DNA from: an uncultured Candidatus Saccharibacteria bacterium
GTDB lineage: Bacteria > Patescibacteriota > Saccharimonadia > CAILAD01 > BJGX01
Reading direction: 5' to 3'
Assembly: GCA_964552475.1 (NCBI GenBank)
Contig: CAZKFZ010000003.1
Span: forward strand, 24,078-88,077
Length of the DNA: 64,000 bases
Below are positions 31,558 to 41,732 of the stretch, piece by piece. The position numbers and the translations under genes were made by a program. A model generated the notes under the pieces. That model was not told where the DNA came from and ran no database searches. It saw only the letters and a program-made list of their open reading frames with translations. Numbering within the stretch: the first letter of the stretch is position 1; every line of letters starts with the position of its first letter.

Positions 31558-32217
31558 ATGATAATAGAAAAACTAGTTAGTATTATTAGTCAAAACGAAT
31601 GTTTGGTTTGTTGCAAGCCTGGCAAAATGGTGTGCACAGATTGTTGGCAGACCGAGTTTAAGTATCGCAAACCGGCTTGTTTTATGTGTAATGCACTTTC
31701 GCCAAACGGCCAAACCTGCCAGCGCTGTCGACGCAAATCTAGTTTAAACGGCGTGATCACTAACTTCCGTATGTCGGGCTACATGCAAGAGCTAATTTAT
31801 CAGCTCAAATATTATGGGTCAAGAGACACAGCTAGGTTTTTGTCTCATCACATTACTATCAATTCCCTACCTACAAAAATCGATACAATTACATATGTAC
31901 CAGCTACAGGTAAAAGTTTGCGACGACGAGGCTATAACCAAGCTCAAATACTTGCAAGAGAAGTCTCAAAACATACAAAAATACCCCTTCAACCCATCCT
32001 GTTAAGACTTCACCATACCGATCAAATTGGATTAGGCAGAATACAACGTTTTGAGTCTGTCAAAGGTAATTTTATACCACGCCGAAATATCACCGGTAAA
32101 AATGTACTAATAGTTGATGATGTTATTACAACAGGTGCCACACTTAATGAGTGCGCAAAAGTATTGAAGGCTAGTGGAGCTAAAAGTATATGGGGCTTAG
32201 CTGTCGCGAAGAAGTGA
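31558..32217 (+). CDS. comFC: ComF-family phosphoribosyltransferase (ComFC-like)
   Basis: N-terminal CxxC...CxxC zinc ribbon; C-terminal PRTase motif 'VLIVDDVITTGATL'. Confidence 0.75.
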   Translation: MIIEKLVSIISQNECLVCCKPGKMVCTDCWQTEFKYRKPACFMCNALSPNGQTCQRCRRKSSLNGVITNFRMSGYMQELIYQLKYYGSRDTARFLSHHITINSLPTKIDTITYVPATGKSLRRRGYNQAQILAREVSKHTKIPLQPILLRLHHTDQIGLGRIQRFESVKGNFIPRRNITGKNVLIVDDVITTGATLNECAKVLKASGAKSIWGLAVAKK

Positions 32218-32286
32218 TTACTTTTATTTACAAACAAAAATAAAAAAGGCAAGAAATTCTTGCCTTAGGTTATTGCAGTTACTATT

Positions 32287-32586
32287 TTATTCTAGCAACT
32301 CCTTCTCACTTAAATACTCTACGGGATCTATGCCTATTTCTGGCAAGAAGCTAAACAAAAAGCCAATAGCCTCATCATAATCTAGATCATTATCTACTAT
32401 GTCGCTAGTAGCCTCCTCGGTCAACACATCCTTACAGGCTTCTAGTAACATACCGACTGTTGGTTCTCCTGGCTCGCTGTCGGCTTGGTGTGGTTCTAGC
32501 TCTGGCATCATTAATCCTTTTTTAGTTAATGTCTCTAGGTTGAATATAGCCATTGCGTAGCAAGAAGTCAATTGCCAACCAACCAC
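32287..32586 (-). CDS. small acidic hypothetical protein
   Basis: ORF only; its 5' end overlaps the NUDIX gene, so the real start is probably internal. Confidence 0.25.
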   Translation of the reverse strand: MVGWQLTSCYAMAIFNLETLTKKGLMMPELEPHQADSEPGEPTVGMLLEACKDVLTEEATSDIVDNDLDYDEAIGFLFSFLPEIGIDPVEYLSEKELLE

Positions 32587-33088
32587 ACTCGGCGTGACTA
32601 GTATTGCCAGTTCTTAATACAGTCTCTACATATTCGCGCAGAGGTATGGTTTCTACCTGAATACTTTCGGTGTCATCTAAAGATTGTTCGTGGTCTGGCT
32701 TGCAACCAACCGCCAAATAGTAGTTGGCATTACCTTCGGCGTATGGCATCCAGGCCATGTTCTCACCAAGAGTAATAATTTTACCTGCTACATAACCAGT
32801 CTCTTCGCGCAGCTCTCTAGCAGCGCTAGTGGTAGAGTCCTCGCCCGGGTCTACAATACCAAAAACCATCTCCCGAAGTACCCGTTCTGGCCCAGGACGA
32901 AAACTAGTAGCAGTAATTACTTGCATGTCGTCGGTTAGAGCAAACACGCCTATCCAGCCGTGCTCTAGGTACCAAATGTCAAAGTCGTGAATTGTTCCAT
33001 TGGGTAATTTAAACGTTTTAGTAAGAAAGGTTTTGTATGCGCCTTTAAAGCTTACTACTTTGAGTTTCTCCCACGGTTTTGCTTTCAC
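32522..33088 (-). CDS. NUDIX hydrolase (ADP-ribose pyrophosphatase-like)
   Basis: Nudix box 'GIVDPGEDSTTSAARELREETGY'. Confidence 0.75.
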   Translation of the reverse strand: MKAKPWEKLKVVSFKGAYKTFLTKTFKLPNGTIHDFDIWYLEHGWIGVFALTDDMQVITATSFRPGPERVLREMVFGIVDPGEDSTTSAARELREETGYVAGKIITLGENMAWMPYAEGNANYYLAVGCKPDHEQSLDDTESIQVETIPLREYVETVLRTGNTSHAECGWLAIDFLLRNGYIQPRDIN

Positions 33089-33134
33089 AGCAATACTCTA
33101 CTATATTTTATGCAATAAATCAACGTTTGTATTA

Positions 33135-33527
33135 TTACTGATTTGGGCCAGCAAATTTTTCTGGCATATTCTCTACTTGGCTATCCACCTCTTCTTCTTT
33201 CAAAATAGTCTCGGGTGGCATATGTGGTGCGGCGTATTGTACTATTCTACCCTTTCGCTCTGTAACAATACCGTGAGTCTCTTTTTCGCCTTCAATATGT
33301 AATACCACTGGTTTACCGCCAGCTTTTTGTGCTGCACGTAGCGCGTAGCCTTCTGCAGCTCTTTTGCCTTCTTTGCTAGAGTCGGTAAGGTATACTTGCC
33401 GGTCTCTTGGGCCTTCATGCCGACTCTCGTTTTTTACTCCAGTTTCACTAGCCGAGCGCAACCCAGACTTGCGAATAGCTGGTAAGTGCTCTGATGAAGT
33501 TCCGTGATGAAATAATTCTGGAGGCAT
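33135..33527 (-). CDS. Tpt1/KptA-like protein, C-terminal (NAD-binding) lobe only
   Basis: 'LFHHGTSSEHLPAIRKSGL' and 'RQVYLT' align with E. coli KptA 'LYHGTASRFLDEIKKQGL' and 'HYVHLS'. The N-terminal RNA-binding lobe with the 'VLRH' catalytic motif is absent. Confidence 0.5.
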   Translation of the reverse strand: MPPELFHHGTSSEHLPAIRKSGLRSASETGVKNESRHEGPRDRQVYLTDSSKEGKRAAEGYALRAAQKAGGKPVVLHIEGEKETHGIVTERKGRIVQYAAPHMPPETILKEEEVDSQVENMPEKFAGPNQ

Positions 33528-33623
33528 AATGCTATTATATCAAATGAAAAAGTTAAACAAACTCACTTGGTAAAAAGCCAACAATCAGGTATAATTACTC
33601 AGTTAGTTACCACAAGCCAATAC

Positions 33624-33718
<95 letters not shown>

Positions 33719-33913
33719 GTTTATGTTTCGCCATTTGGCGAAAGAAAAACAATAGAGAAAAATGTATGATTTGAAGCCGAGCGCGAGGGTGCGGCGTACG
33801 AGGAGCGCAGACCAAAAACTAGATTGTAAATTGTGTTTTTGGCGAGCACCACAGGTAGAAGTCCGTCAGTTGACGGACGCTATCCCGACCGACACTAGTT
33901 TTTAATATATAGC

Positions 33914-34273
33914 ATGTCAGAACCAACTCCACCAACTAATGACGATAGTAGAAGCTATCTACCTACTAAAGATGAGTTTTTACTGCCTTCTTCTCAACGA
34001 GAGCAAGCTATTCACAAAAGAATAGATGAAGAGTTAGAAGCCACAAAACCCGTTTACCAGTATTCAATGTGGTTTGAGAGGCCAGATGGTAGTAAAGTTG
34101 AATTTAGATTTAGTCGCAAGCCCGATGGAAACATGATAGTAGCGTCGTTTGGTGAAGATGGAGTGAGAGAAACTATTATTGCAAATAACCTAGTGGACGA
34201 TGAAGAAGGCATGCAAATTTTTACTGATAATTTTACCAAAGGTCTCAAGTACAAGCAAATAGATAGACCATAA
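33914..34273 (+). CDS. hypothetical protein
   Basis: 119-aa ORF between two tRNA-Ser genes; no motif recognised. Confidence 0.3.
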   Translation: MSEPTPPTNDDSRSYLPTKDEFLLPSSQREQAIHKRIDEELEATKPVYQYSMWFERPDGSKVEFRFSRKPDGNMIVASFGEDGVRETIIANNLVDDEEGMQIFTDNFTKGLKYKQIDRP

Positions 34274-34333
34274 TAGTCTTTAGTGTTGTGTTCTGAAAAA
34301 CTTCAGAGCACAAATCTGTAGACAATAAACCTG

Positions 34334-34422
34334 GAGAGGTGCCCGAGTGGTTGAAGGGAACAGTCTTGAAAACTGTCAGGCTCGCAAGGGTCTCGTGGGT
34401 TCGAATCCCACCCTCTCCGCCA
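34334..34422 (+). tRNA. tRNA-Ser (TGA), CCA encoded
   Basis: Anticodon loop 'CTTGAAA', long variable arm, 'GGTTCGAATCC' T-arm, 3' CCA. Confidence 0.85.
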
Positions 34423-34457
34423 TTTTCTGTGGCTCAGTGTTTGCTGGGCAAAAGAAA

Positions 34458-35114
34458 ATGGTCAAAACTATAATAATTGGAAAATCAGTTGAAAACCAAG
34501 ATATACTAGCACACCTATTTAATGGTGAGCCGAGTAATAGTCAACGGTCTGTTTTAATAATCGCTGGCGTACATGGTAATGAGATAGAAGGAGTATGGTT
34601 AGCAGAGGCAATTTGTAACAACTTACAAACTAATACTACTTCTCAAGACATCAGCGTGATACCAATACTTAATCCTGATGGTGTTAAAGCCAACACTAGG
34701 CACAACCACAATGGTGTAGACCTAAATCGAAATATGGCAACCAAAGACTGGGTTTCAACTCCACTACAACCCAAGTACAAACCCGGTAAAGTCAAAAATA
34801 GTGAGCCAGAGACACAAGCCCTTATTAATTTTGTAGAAGATACCAATCCAAAACTAATCATAAGCCTGCATTCATATAAAACCCCTATGCTCAACATAAA
34901 TGGTGACTGTAAAGCTATTGCTGAGAAAATCGCCTCTGAAGCAAAACTAGACGTAAAAGAATCTATTGGGTATGATACGCCGGGTTGTTTAGGAACATAC
35001 TATGGGCTAGAAAGAAATATACCAGTCATTACCTACGAGCTTTTTCGTGGTGACACAAAAAATAATGTTATTGAACATAATTTAAGCGCTATTATTAACG
35101 CCATTTGTAAATAA
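34458..35114 (+). CDS. M14-family zinc carboxypeptidase-like protein (AstE/AspA / MpaA-like)
   Basis: 'IIAGVHGNEIEG' zinc-ligand motif. Start moved to the ATG at 34458 because the listed ORF start overlaps tRNA-Ser. Confidence 0.55.
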   Translation: MVKTIIIGKSVENQDILAHLFNGEPSNSQRSVLIIAGVHGNEIEGVWLAEAICNNLQTNTTSQDISVIPILNPDGVKANTRHNHNGVDLNRNMATKDWVSTPLQPKYKPGKVKNSEPETQALINFVEDTNPKLIISLHSYKTPMLNINGDCKAIAEKIASEAKLDVKESIGYDTPGCLGTYYGLERNIPVITYELFRGDTKNNVIEHNLSAIINAICK

Positions 35115-35236
35115 CTCTTATCAATCTACTTATCACTATTTATTTGGGTTATTATTTAATCTGTAATACCGAAACTTAAACACACTATTTCACAACATTA
35201 TCTATATAAAGCAATTCCTGTGAAATATACCCACAC

Positions 35237-36145
35237 TTACCTATATTTCACAAACATAAGCTGGTTGAGCCGTTCTGAGTATTCTGTCGCTTTGTTGTTC
35301 TCTCCGGTAATTTTATACAAGCTTATAAGTTCTTTATTAGCATCTATATTACTACTATCTAAGGCTATCCCTTGCTCGGCTTTAGCTATTGCATCGCTAA
35401 TCTCCCCTCTAGCCGAAGCGAGTCGCGACAAGACAAGCCAGTCCCCTACCGTCTTGTCTTTAATAGCCAAAAGTTTAGTTTCGCCGGGCTTATACACTTG
35501 GTTGTTAATAAGATAATATGCAACCTGCCTATCGCTAAGAGTTGATTGTGGTGTGGTGCCTAAAGCCTCAGCTTGGGTACCACCCAACATATAACAACTA
35601 GCAACCGCTGCCTTTGCACTAGCGCTGTCTAGATTTTGCTTAGTAGCTTTTGTGGCGGCTTCGCATCCTGCTGTAGTATTGCCTAAGTTGAAATGGGTGT
35701 TGGCAAGACCCACCAAGCCCTCATCGTTCTCTCCTTCTTTCAGTGAAAGGTTGAAAAAATCCTTGGCTTTTGAGTAGTTTTGGGCTCTAAGCGATAAGTT
35801 GCCCAACGCTACATAATTGGGGTCTACCAACCCATCTTTATAGGTTGTAACAGCTTTGTTTACATCTCCCCTACCCAACCAATATTGCGCCATGGCCTCT
35901 GTTGCGCGAGGATCTTTTAAGCCTATTAAATAAGCTTGGCTTAGCAAACCATATCTTTGGTTGTCGTCTTGTTCTAACTTAGCCTGGTTTAATAATCTAT
36001 CTACTACACTCAGTTTCCAGGCGGTGATATTTGGTGTAAAAAGCGCTATAAGTAAACCAAATAGTAATATAAAACCACCTGCTACTAAGAAAAAATTGAG
36101 CTTATTTTTTGTTGATTTCTTCAATAGATGCCTCAAGAGATGCAA
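35237..36145 (-). CDS. TPR-repeat protein with N-terminal membrane anchor
   Basis: N-terminal TM helix followed by repeated 'A..Y.LG.....A...Y' TPR-like units. Confidence 0.5.
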   Translation of the reverse strand: MHLLRHLLKKSTKNKLNFFLVAGGFILLFGLLIALFTPNITAWKLSVVDRLLNQAKLEQDDNQRYGLLSQAYLIGLKDPRATEAMAQYWLGRGDVNKAVTTYKDGLVDPNYVALGNLSLRAQNYSKAKDFFNLSLKEGENDEGLVGLANTHFNLGNTTAGCEAATKATKQNLDSASAKAAVASCYMLGGTQAEALGTTPQSTLSDRQVAYYLINNQVYKPGETKLLAIKDKTVGDWLVLSRLASARGEISDAIAKAEQGIALDSSNIDANKELISLYKITGENNKATEYSERLNQLMFVKYR

Positions 36146-38534
36146 TTTCGCTAATTGCAGTTTCTAATCTTTGCTTCTCCCCTTTTACAACTTGCTCTGG
36201 AGCGTTGTCTACAAAAGACTTATTGGCTAGTTTTGCCTCACTAAGCCTTACTAGATTTTGCTTGGCAGCCAGCTCTTTTTGAAGTTTAGCTAGCTTGGTA
36301 AGCTCTTCATCTTTTTGCTTTGAAGCTAAGACATTAATAATCTCACCCTCAAAAACCTTCGCCTCTTTGCCAACAGGTTTTAATAATGTATTCGGCCATT
36401 GTTCGTTTATTAAGATTGATTTCTGCCAAGGTAACTCTTGCCAAATGGTTTCGGTAACAAACGGTGCGAAGGGGTGGAGAAGTCTAAGTACAGTATCTAG
36501 GCTATAGGCCAACATCGCGGGGTTGGTAGTTTGTTTAGAATACTCCAAGTACTGGTCGGCTAATTTGTCCCAAAGCAAAGAGTAGACTGATTGACCAGCT
36601 TCTGAGTAACGATACTTTTCTATAGATTGAGTAGTTTTACTGATAGCCTCGTTTATTTGCTCGGCCATCCAGTGATCGGCAGGCGATATCAATTCTGGAG
36701 TTAGTAGGGTAGTAATGTTATCTGTCTTGGTTAGAATATAGCGAGACACATTCCAGAGTTTGTTACAAAAGTTACGATATCCTTTAATTTTATCAGCACT
36801 AATTTTACCGTCATTACCTGGTGTAATACCAATACTCAAGGCTAATCTAAGCGCATCAGTACCATATTCGGCAGTTATCTTCATAGGATCGTCATAATTG
36901 CCCTTGCTCTTTGAAAGTTTTTGTCCTTGTTCATCTGTTACCATACCCCAAAGATAAACATCCTCAAAAGGTACCTTACCAGTTTTGTAAAGACCAAACA
37001 TTATCATTCGAGTTACCCATTTGTGTAAAATGTCTCTAGCAGTAGCCATGAGGGTAGTAGGGTAGAACTGGTCATAGTCGCCTGTGCCCATAAGCGTGGC
37101 GTAGGGCCATTGCCCAGAAGAAAACCAAGTGTCGAAAGTATCGGTCTCGACTCTATAATTACCTTCACCGTAATACTTTCTAGCTTCCTCTTCGGTGAGT
37201 GCTACTAGGTGAGAGCCTTTGCTGGGGTCGGTACTAGTTTTGTAGTAAACAGGTATACGAATACCCCACCAACCCGGTCTAGAAATACACCAGTCGTGCT
37301 CGTTTTGTAACCAGTTAAGGGCAATACTTTTAAATCTTGCAGGATAAAAGTGCACCTTGTCTTGCTCAATTGCCTGTATTACTGGCCTGTTTAGCTCGGT
37401 GACTCGCAAGAACCACTGCTCAGATATTAAAGGCTCTATAACAGTTTTGCATCTGTCGTGCACTGCTACAGCGTGAGTTATCGGAGCTGTCTCTACAAGC
37501 TTTCCGGCCTTATCAAGAGCTTTTACAACCTGAGCTCTGGCATTGTCTACACTCAAGCCATTATATTCGCTAGGTGAGTTAATTAATTTACCTTCAAAAT
37601 CTACTACAGATATTTCTGGTAAATTGTGGCGCTGACCAATATCGTAGTCGGCCATATCATGACCTGGTGTAACTTTTAGCGCACCGGTACCATCTTGAAT
37701 ACTTACGTGGTCATCGGCAATTATCGGAATTTCTCGATTGATTAGAGGTATAGTGGCGGTTTTACCCACTAGTTTGGTGTAGCGCCCATCTTTAGGGTTT
37801 ACAGCAACGGCGCTATCGGCAAAAATTGTCTCTGGTCGAGTGGTGGCAATCTTTATAGAGCCGTAATCAAGTGTATACATGGCATCTTCACGCTCTACTC
37901 GGTCTGTTTCAATATCGGCAAATGCGGCTTGGCAACGTGTGCACCAGTTTACAATACGATTACCTCTATAAATATAGCCATCGTCGTAGAGTTGTTGAAA
38001 GGTTTGGTGCACTACACCAATTACGTCTTTGTCTAGGGTGAACTTAAGCTTACTCCAGTCGGCCGAGAAACCCATGGATTGCATTTGCTCTAAAATAGTG
38101 TGTTGCTGAGCAAGTACAAATTTTTCTACCTGCTGGTAAAACTTCTCTGGGCCAAGATCAAAGCGGGTTTTGCCGTTCTTTTCTAACTCTCGTTCGTAAA
38201 CCACTTGTGTCTCTATACCGGCATGATCTGTACCTGGTAGCCATAGTGTGGGCCGACCTTGCATTCTGGCATAGCGAGTAGCTATATCTTCTACCACATA
38301 CATTAGGTGGCCAGCATGTAGTGAACCATTGGCATTCGGTGGAGGCATAATAATACAAAACGGCTCCTTTGTAGAACTGGTTTTTGCGGCAAAAGCTTTG
38401 TGTTTATCCCAAAGACTATAGATTTTAGCCTCATTATCTGAAGGATTATAGGTTTTAGGTATCTCATTTGAAATCATACCTGTAATTGTAGCATTTTTTA
38501 TCTTATAATTGCGAGATGTTTTATTTGACACCAA
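36102..38534 (-). CDS. valS: valine--tRNA ligase
   Basis: HIGH motif 'PNANGSLHAGH', KMSKS motif 'KLSKSKGN'; C-terminal coiled coil typical of ValRS. Confidence 0.88.
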   Translation of the reverse strand: MVSNKTSRNYKIKNATITGMISNEIPKTYNPSDNEAKIYSLWDKHKAFAAKTSSTKEPFCIIMPPPNANGSLHAGHLMYVVEDIATRYARMQGRPTLWLPGTDHAGIETQVVYERELEKNGKTRFDLGPEKFYQQVEKFVLAQQHTILEQMQSMGFSADWSKLKFTLDKDVIGVVHQTFQQLYDDGYIYRGNRIVNWCTRCQAAFADIETDRVEREDAMYTLDYGSIKIATTRPETIFADSAVAVNPKDGRYTKLVGKTATIPLINREIPIIADDHVSIQDGTGALKVTPGHDMADYDIGQRHNLPEISVVDFEGKLINSPSEYNGLSVDNARAQVVKALDKAGKLVETAPITHAVAVHDRCKTVIEPLISEQWFLRVTELNRPVIQAIEQDKVHFYPARFKSIALNWLQNEHDWCISRPGWWGIRIPVYYKTSTDPSKGSHLVALTEEEARKYYGEGNYRVETDTFDTWFSSGQWPYATLMGTGDYDQFYPTTLMATARDILHKWVTRMIMFGLYKTGKVPFEDVYLWGMVTDEQGQKLSKSKGNYDDPMKITAEYGTDALRLALSIGITPGNDGKISADKIKGYRNFCNKLWNVSRYILTKTDNITTLLTPELISPADHWMAEQINEAISKTTQSIEKYRYSEAGQSVYSLLWDKLADQYLEYSKQTTNPAMLAYSLDTVLRLLHPFAPFVTETIWQELPWQKSILINEQWPNTLLKPVGKEAKVFEGEIINVLASKQKDEELTKLAKLQKELAAKQNLVRLSEAKLANKSFVDNAPEQVVKGEKQRLETAISEIASLEASIEEINKK

Positions 38535-38600
38535 CGCTTATGCTCAGGTAATATATAGATAACTTTTATTAAGATTGAAAACGGGGGAGAGTAAGCAGGA

Positions 38601-39659
38601 GTGGTGATGAAAGACATTTACAGTCCATTAGAAATAGATGAGCAATGGGACCAACGCGCTCCTATGGTAGAAGGTGATGCTTTTGATGCTATGGTTCAAA
38701 TGGCTCCAGACGATGCCAGCGGGGGAGGAGTAGCAACTATGGAGCCAACAGCAAGTAATGCTGTAGAGCAACCAATAGCAACTACCACCGCTCCAGTAGA
38801 ACCCGCCCAAGGTGCCGATGGTATGATGCCAACTCCCGATGTTGCCGCCGTAAACACTCCCGAACAATCCTCAGACACTCTACCACCAGCTTCTGCAGAA
38901 GTGAGCACTGAAGCCACCACACCAACAGTTGCCGAAGCACCACCTACCGACGACCAATCCGTAGCAAGCTTAGAAGGACAACAAGTAGCTACCGAAGAAG
39001 ACCCTACACAGCCACCACAAATTATTCCAGAGCCACAACCATTACCAGAGGTACCAACAGATGCCGAGCCAAGCATTGAAACACCAGAGGCCCCAGCCGG
39101 AGATGCTGCACCAGAGGATGTGCAGCCAGAAGACGCTATGCCGCACACTGTTCCACCTATTGAAGAATATCAACCAGATCCTGGCAATGAACGACCTACA
39201 ACACCAGATGCCGATAAGGCCCCAGCCTCAGAAGGTGATGCCGATTCTACACCGGCACCTGCCGAAGATGTAAAAAAACTAGACCAAGCTGTAGCCGAGC
39301 TACCCACCTCACCCACTAACCTGGTTGTTGAGAAAGAAGATACTGAGGATAAAGATGCTGACGATGATGACAAAGAAGGTGAAAGACTCGTAGCGGGTGT
39401 AGACGACAAGGAAGATGGAGACATAGAAAAAGGTAAAGACAAGAAGCCTGATGCACATCGTAAGCAAGCTGTTGAAGCTTTAGAAAGTAACATTGCCGAT
39501 CTAAAGAGAGAAGTTAAAGAAAAAGAAAAATTAAAAAGAGATCACGAAGACAGAAGAGCCGAGGAAGAACGAAAGATTAGTGATTTGCAGGCCGAGATAG
39601 ATTTCAAAAAGAGCGAAATAGCCGCTTTTGAGAACGCCAAAGCTGCTCTTACTGAATAG
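38601..39659 (+). CDS. acidic Pro/Ala/Glu/Thr-rich low-complexity protein with C-terminal coiled coil
   Basis: 352 aa, strongly acidic, with repetitive 'PAPAEDV', 'PEDVQPEDA' units, then a Lys/Glu-rich coiled coil. The region is visibly more GC-rich than its surroundings. Confidence 0.4.
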   Translation: MVMKDIYSPLEIDEQWDQRAPMVEGDAFDAMVQMAPDDASGGGVATMEPTASNAVEQPIATTTAPVEPAQGADGMMPTPDVAAVNTPEQSSDTLPPASAEVSTEATTPTVAEAPPTDDQSVASLEGQQVATEEDPTQPPQIIPEPQPLPEVPTDAEPSIETPEAPAGDAAPEDVQPEDAMPHTVPPIEEYQPDPGNERPTTPDADKAPASEGDADSTPAPAEDVKKLDQAVAELPTSPTNLVVEKEDTEDKDADDDDKEGERLVAGVDDKEDGDIEKGKDKKPDAHRKQAVEALESNIADLKREVKEKEKLKRDHEDRRAEEERKISDLQAEIDFKKSEIAAFENAKAALTE

Positions 39660-39869
39660 TCAGAATAGTTTTTCTAACATAAAAGCCCGATTCACACATC
39701 GGGTTTTTGTTATATAGATATATCAACATTTGTAACCAACACCTAGTATTATATGTTAATATTTATTGACAAAACTAATATAATTTGTTAGTATTATTAA
39801 TGGCAACCGTACTTCAAACCAGAGGAGGTGATGACTATGAGGACAGCCTAGTGAAAGGGCGTCTTCAAA

Positions 39870-40106
39870 ATGGCAACCAGCCATGTCATCAGCACCGACC
39901 ACATTCACCTAAGCCCCAAGCGGGCTGCACGAGCTTCTGCTAAAAAGGTAGAACAGTACCGTCGTCTTATGGAAGAAGGTAGAGAGTTCCCGCCAGTAGT
40001 TTTGATTGAACTGCCCAACGGCACCTACGATCTACGTGATGGTCGACATCGCTACCTGGCCGCCCAAGCTGCCGGATTTTCTTTTGTTGATGCTGTAGTG
40101 CGATAA
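39870..40106 (+). CDS. small ParB/sulfiredoxin-like nuclease-domain protein
   Basis: 'DLRDGRHRYLAAQAAGF' matches the ParB N-terminal 'DG.HR..A' box; 78 aa. Confidence 0.5.
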   Translation: MATSHVISTDHIHLSPKRAARASAKKVEQYRRLMEEGREFPPVVLIELPNGTYDLRDGRHRYLAAQAAGFSFVDAVVR

Positions 40107-40112
40107 TTTGAA

Positions 40113-40139
40113 AGCCCCCAAACAAATTGTTTGGGGGCT
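40113..40139. terminator. bidirectional rho-independent terminator
   Basis: AGCCCCCAAACAAATTGTTTGGGGGCT hairpin between convergent genes. Confidence 0.7.
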
Positions 40140-40152
40140 GATATTTATATAA

Positions 40153-41184
40153 TTAGTCTTCCAAGCTGGAGTCGACCGTAAGATCGTTGGGCGGTATAAA
40201 CATATCCTTTTTAGCCATTTGCAGCGCCATAGCACCTATCATTGCAGCATTGTCGGTACAAAGTACTGGCGGAACAAAAATCGACTTAGGTAGCACCTGG
40301 CGCATTTGTTGGCGTAACAAATTGTTGCAAGCAACTCCGCCACCCACCACAATGCTAGCTGGTTGAAAGCGTGCATTGGCTTTGAGAGTATTTTGCACCA
40401 AAGCCTCAACAACTACCTTTTGAAAACTAGCAGCGATATCCGCAACAGTTTGTTTGTCTAACTTATAGCTCTTTTTATGATTGAGCTTAGCCGGGTTTGT
40501 ACCAGCAATTTCTTGTACTTGTCTTAGCACAGCTGTCTTTAGCCCAGAAAAGCTAAAGTCTAAACTTTCTTTACCAAGCTTAGCAATTGGAAATTTATAA
40601 GCACTGTCATCGCCATTTTCGGCCGCTTTAGATATTGCTGGCCCGCCTGGGTAGGGTAGTCCTAGTAACTTTGCTACTTTGTCAAAAGCTTCGCCGGCCG
40701 CGTCATCTAGAGTTTCGCCCAGTATTTCGCGCGATAAATCTTCTTTGTAGAGCGAGAGAGTAGTGTGTCCGCCAGATACAGTAAGGGCCAAGAAGGGGAA
40801 CCTAGGTTTATTTTCTGTTAAAAACGCTGCAAAGCCATGCGCCCAAATATGGTTTACACCTATAAGCGGTTTATTCTTGGTGATAGCCAAGGTTTTGGCG
40901 GCGAGTACCCCAATTAGCAGAGAACCAATTAAGCCTGGCCCTTGAGTAACGGCAATAGCATCGATACTACTCCAGCTAGACCTGGCCACACTTAGAGCCT
41001 GCTCTATTACCGGAACAATTACTTCTATATGCGAGCGAGCCGCAACTTCTGGCACTACACCACCATATTTGGCGTGAATATCTACTTGGCTAGAAATAAT
41101 ATTACTTAGTATTTTGTTGTTTTGCACAACTGCTGCGGCAGTTTCGTCACAACTAGATTCAATAGCTAGAATTTTCATTACCAT
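40153..41184 (-). CDS. tsaD: tRNA N6-adenosine threonylcarbamoyltransferase TsaD
   Basis: 'MKILAIESSCDETAAAVV' Kae1/TsaD N-terminus; 'GVNHIWAH' metal-binding motif. Confidence 0.88.
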   Translation of the reverse strand: MVMKILAIESSCDETAAAVVQNNKILSNIISSQVDIHAKYGGVVPEVAARSHIEVIVPVIEQALSVARSSWSSIDAIAVTQGPGLIGSLLIGVLAAKTLAITKNKPLIGVNHIWAHGFAAFLTENKPRFPFLALTVSGGHTTLSLYKEDLSREILGETLDDAAGEAFDKVAKLLGLPYPGGPAISKAAENGDDSAYKFPIAKLGKESLDFSFSGLKTAVLRQVQEIAGTNPAKLNHKKSYKLDKQTVADIAASFQKVVVEALVQNTLKANARFQPASIVVGGGVACNNLLRQQMRQVLPKSIFVPPVLCTDNAAMIGAMALQMAKKDMFIPPNDLTVDSSLED

Positions 41185-41234
41185 ATCTTACCACAGAAAT
41201 TAAAATGCCCCTCGCAGTGAGGGGCAAAGAATAA

Positions 41235-41534
41235 CTATCTGGGCTCTTCAGGTAATGGACGACCATTAGAATCAATACAATGGACAGAGCTCGGGTCGAT
41301 AGACTCATAGCCATCAGACTCATACGAGCTACCTTCACAGAAATCACCATTAGAGTTGGTGTAATCAAAGTGATAACTAGTATTAACACCGGGAGGATCG
41401 GTATTGGTAATTGTGATGCCGTACTTTTCTTCGAGCTGTGAGCGAACTTCTTCTTGCTCGCTAGCACTTGGCGCACAGCCCAACAGTAACAAAATTGAAA
41501 GCATAACAGTTGACAGAAGTACTGGTATTCGCAT
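41235..41534 (-). CDS. putative lipoprotein
   Basis: Internal Met gives 'MRIPVLLSTVMLSILLLLGCAPS', a lipobox signal peptide; a second overlapping ORF (41159-41476) was judged spurious. Confidence 0.4.
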   Translation of the reverse strand: MRIPVLLSTVMLSILLLLGCAPSASEQEEVRSQLEEKYGITITNTDPPGVNTSYHFDYTNSNGDFCEGSSYESDGYESIDPSSVHCIDSNGRPLPEEPR

Positions 41535-41655
41535 CGAGACCACCGTGGTTTCTAATAAGGAGCAATTCGACAGTATTATATACATAAACAAAGAATGTGT
41601 CAATAATAGCCCACAAAAGAAAATCCCCCAGACACAAATGTGTCTGGGGGAACTG

Positions 41656-41728
41656 TGGGCCTGGAGGGAATCGAACCCTCGACCAAGGCATTATGAGTGC
41701 CACGCTCTAACCATTGAGCTACAGGCCC
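41656..41728 (-). tRNA. tRNA with CAT anticodon (elongator Met or lysidine-modified Ile2)
   Basis: Minus-strand GGGCCTGTAGCTCAATGGTTAGAGCGTGGCACTCATAATGCC...GGTTCGATTCCCTCCAGGCCCA; the anticodon stem-loop resembles E. coli ileX; CCA not encoded. Confidence 0.8.
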
Positions 41729-41732
41729 TACG

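Noticed and set aside
34347-34457. 5' extension of the M14-like carboxypeptidase ORF
   Set aside because: The extension is encoded by the tRNA-Ser(TGA) gene itself; start moved to ATG 34458
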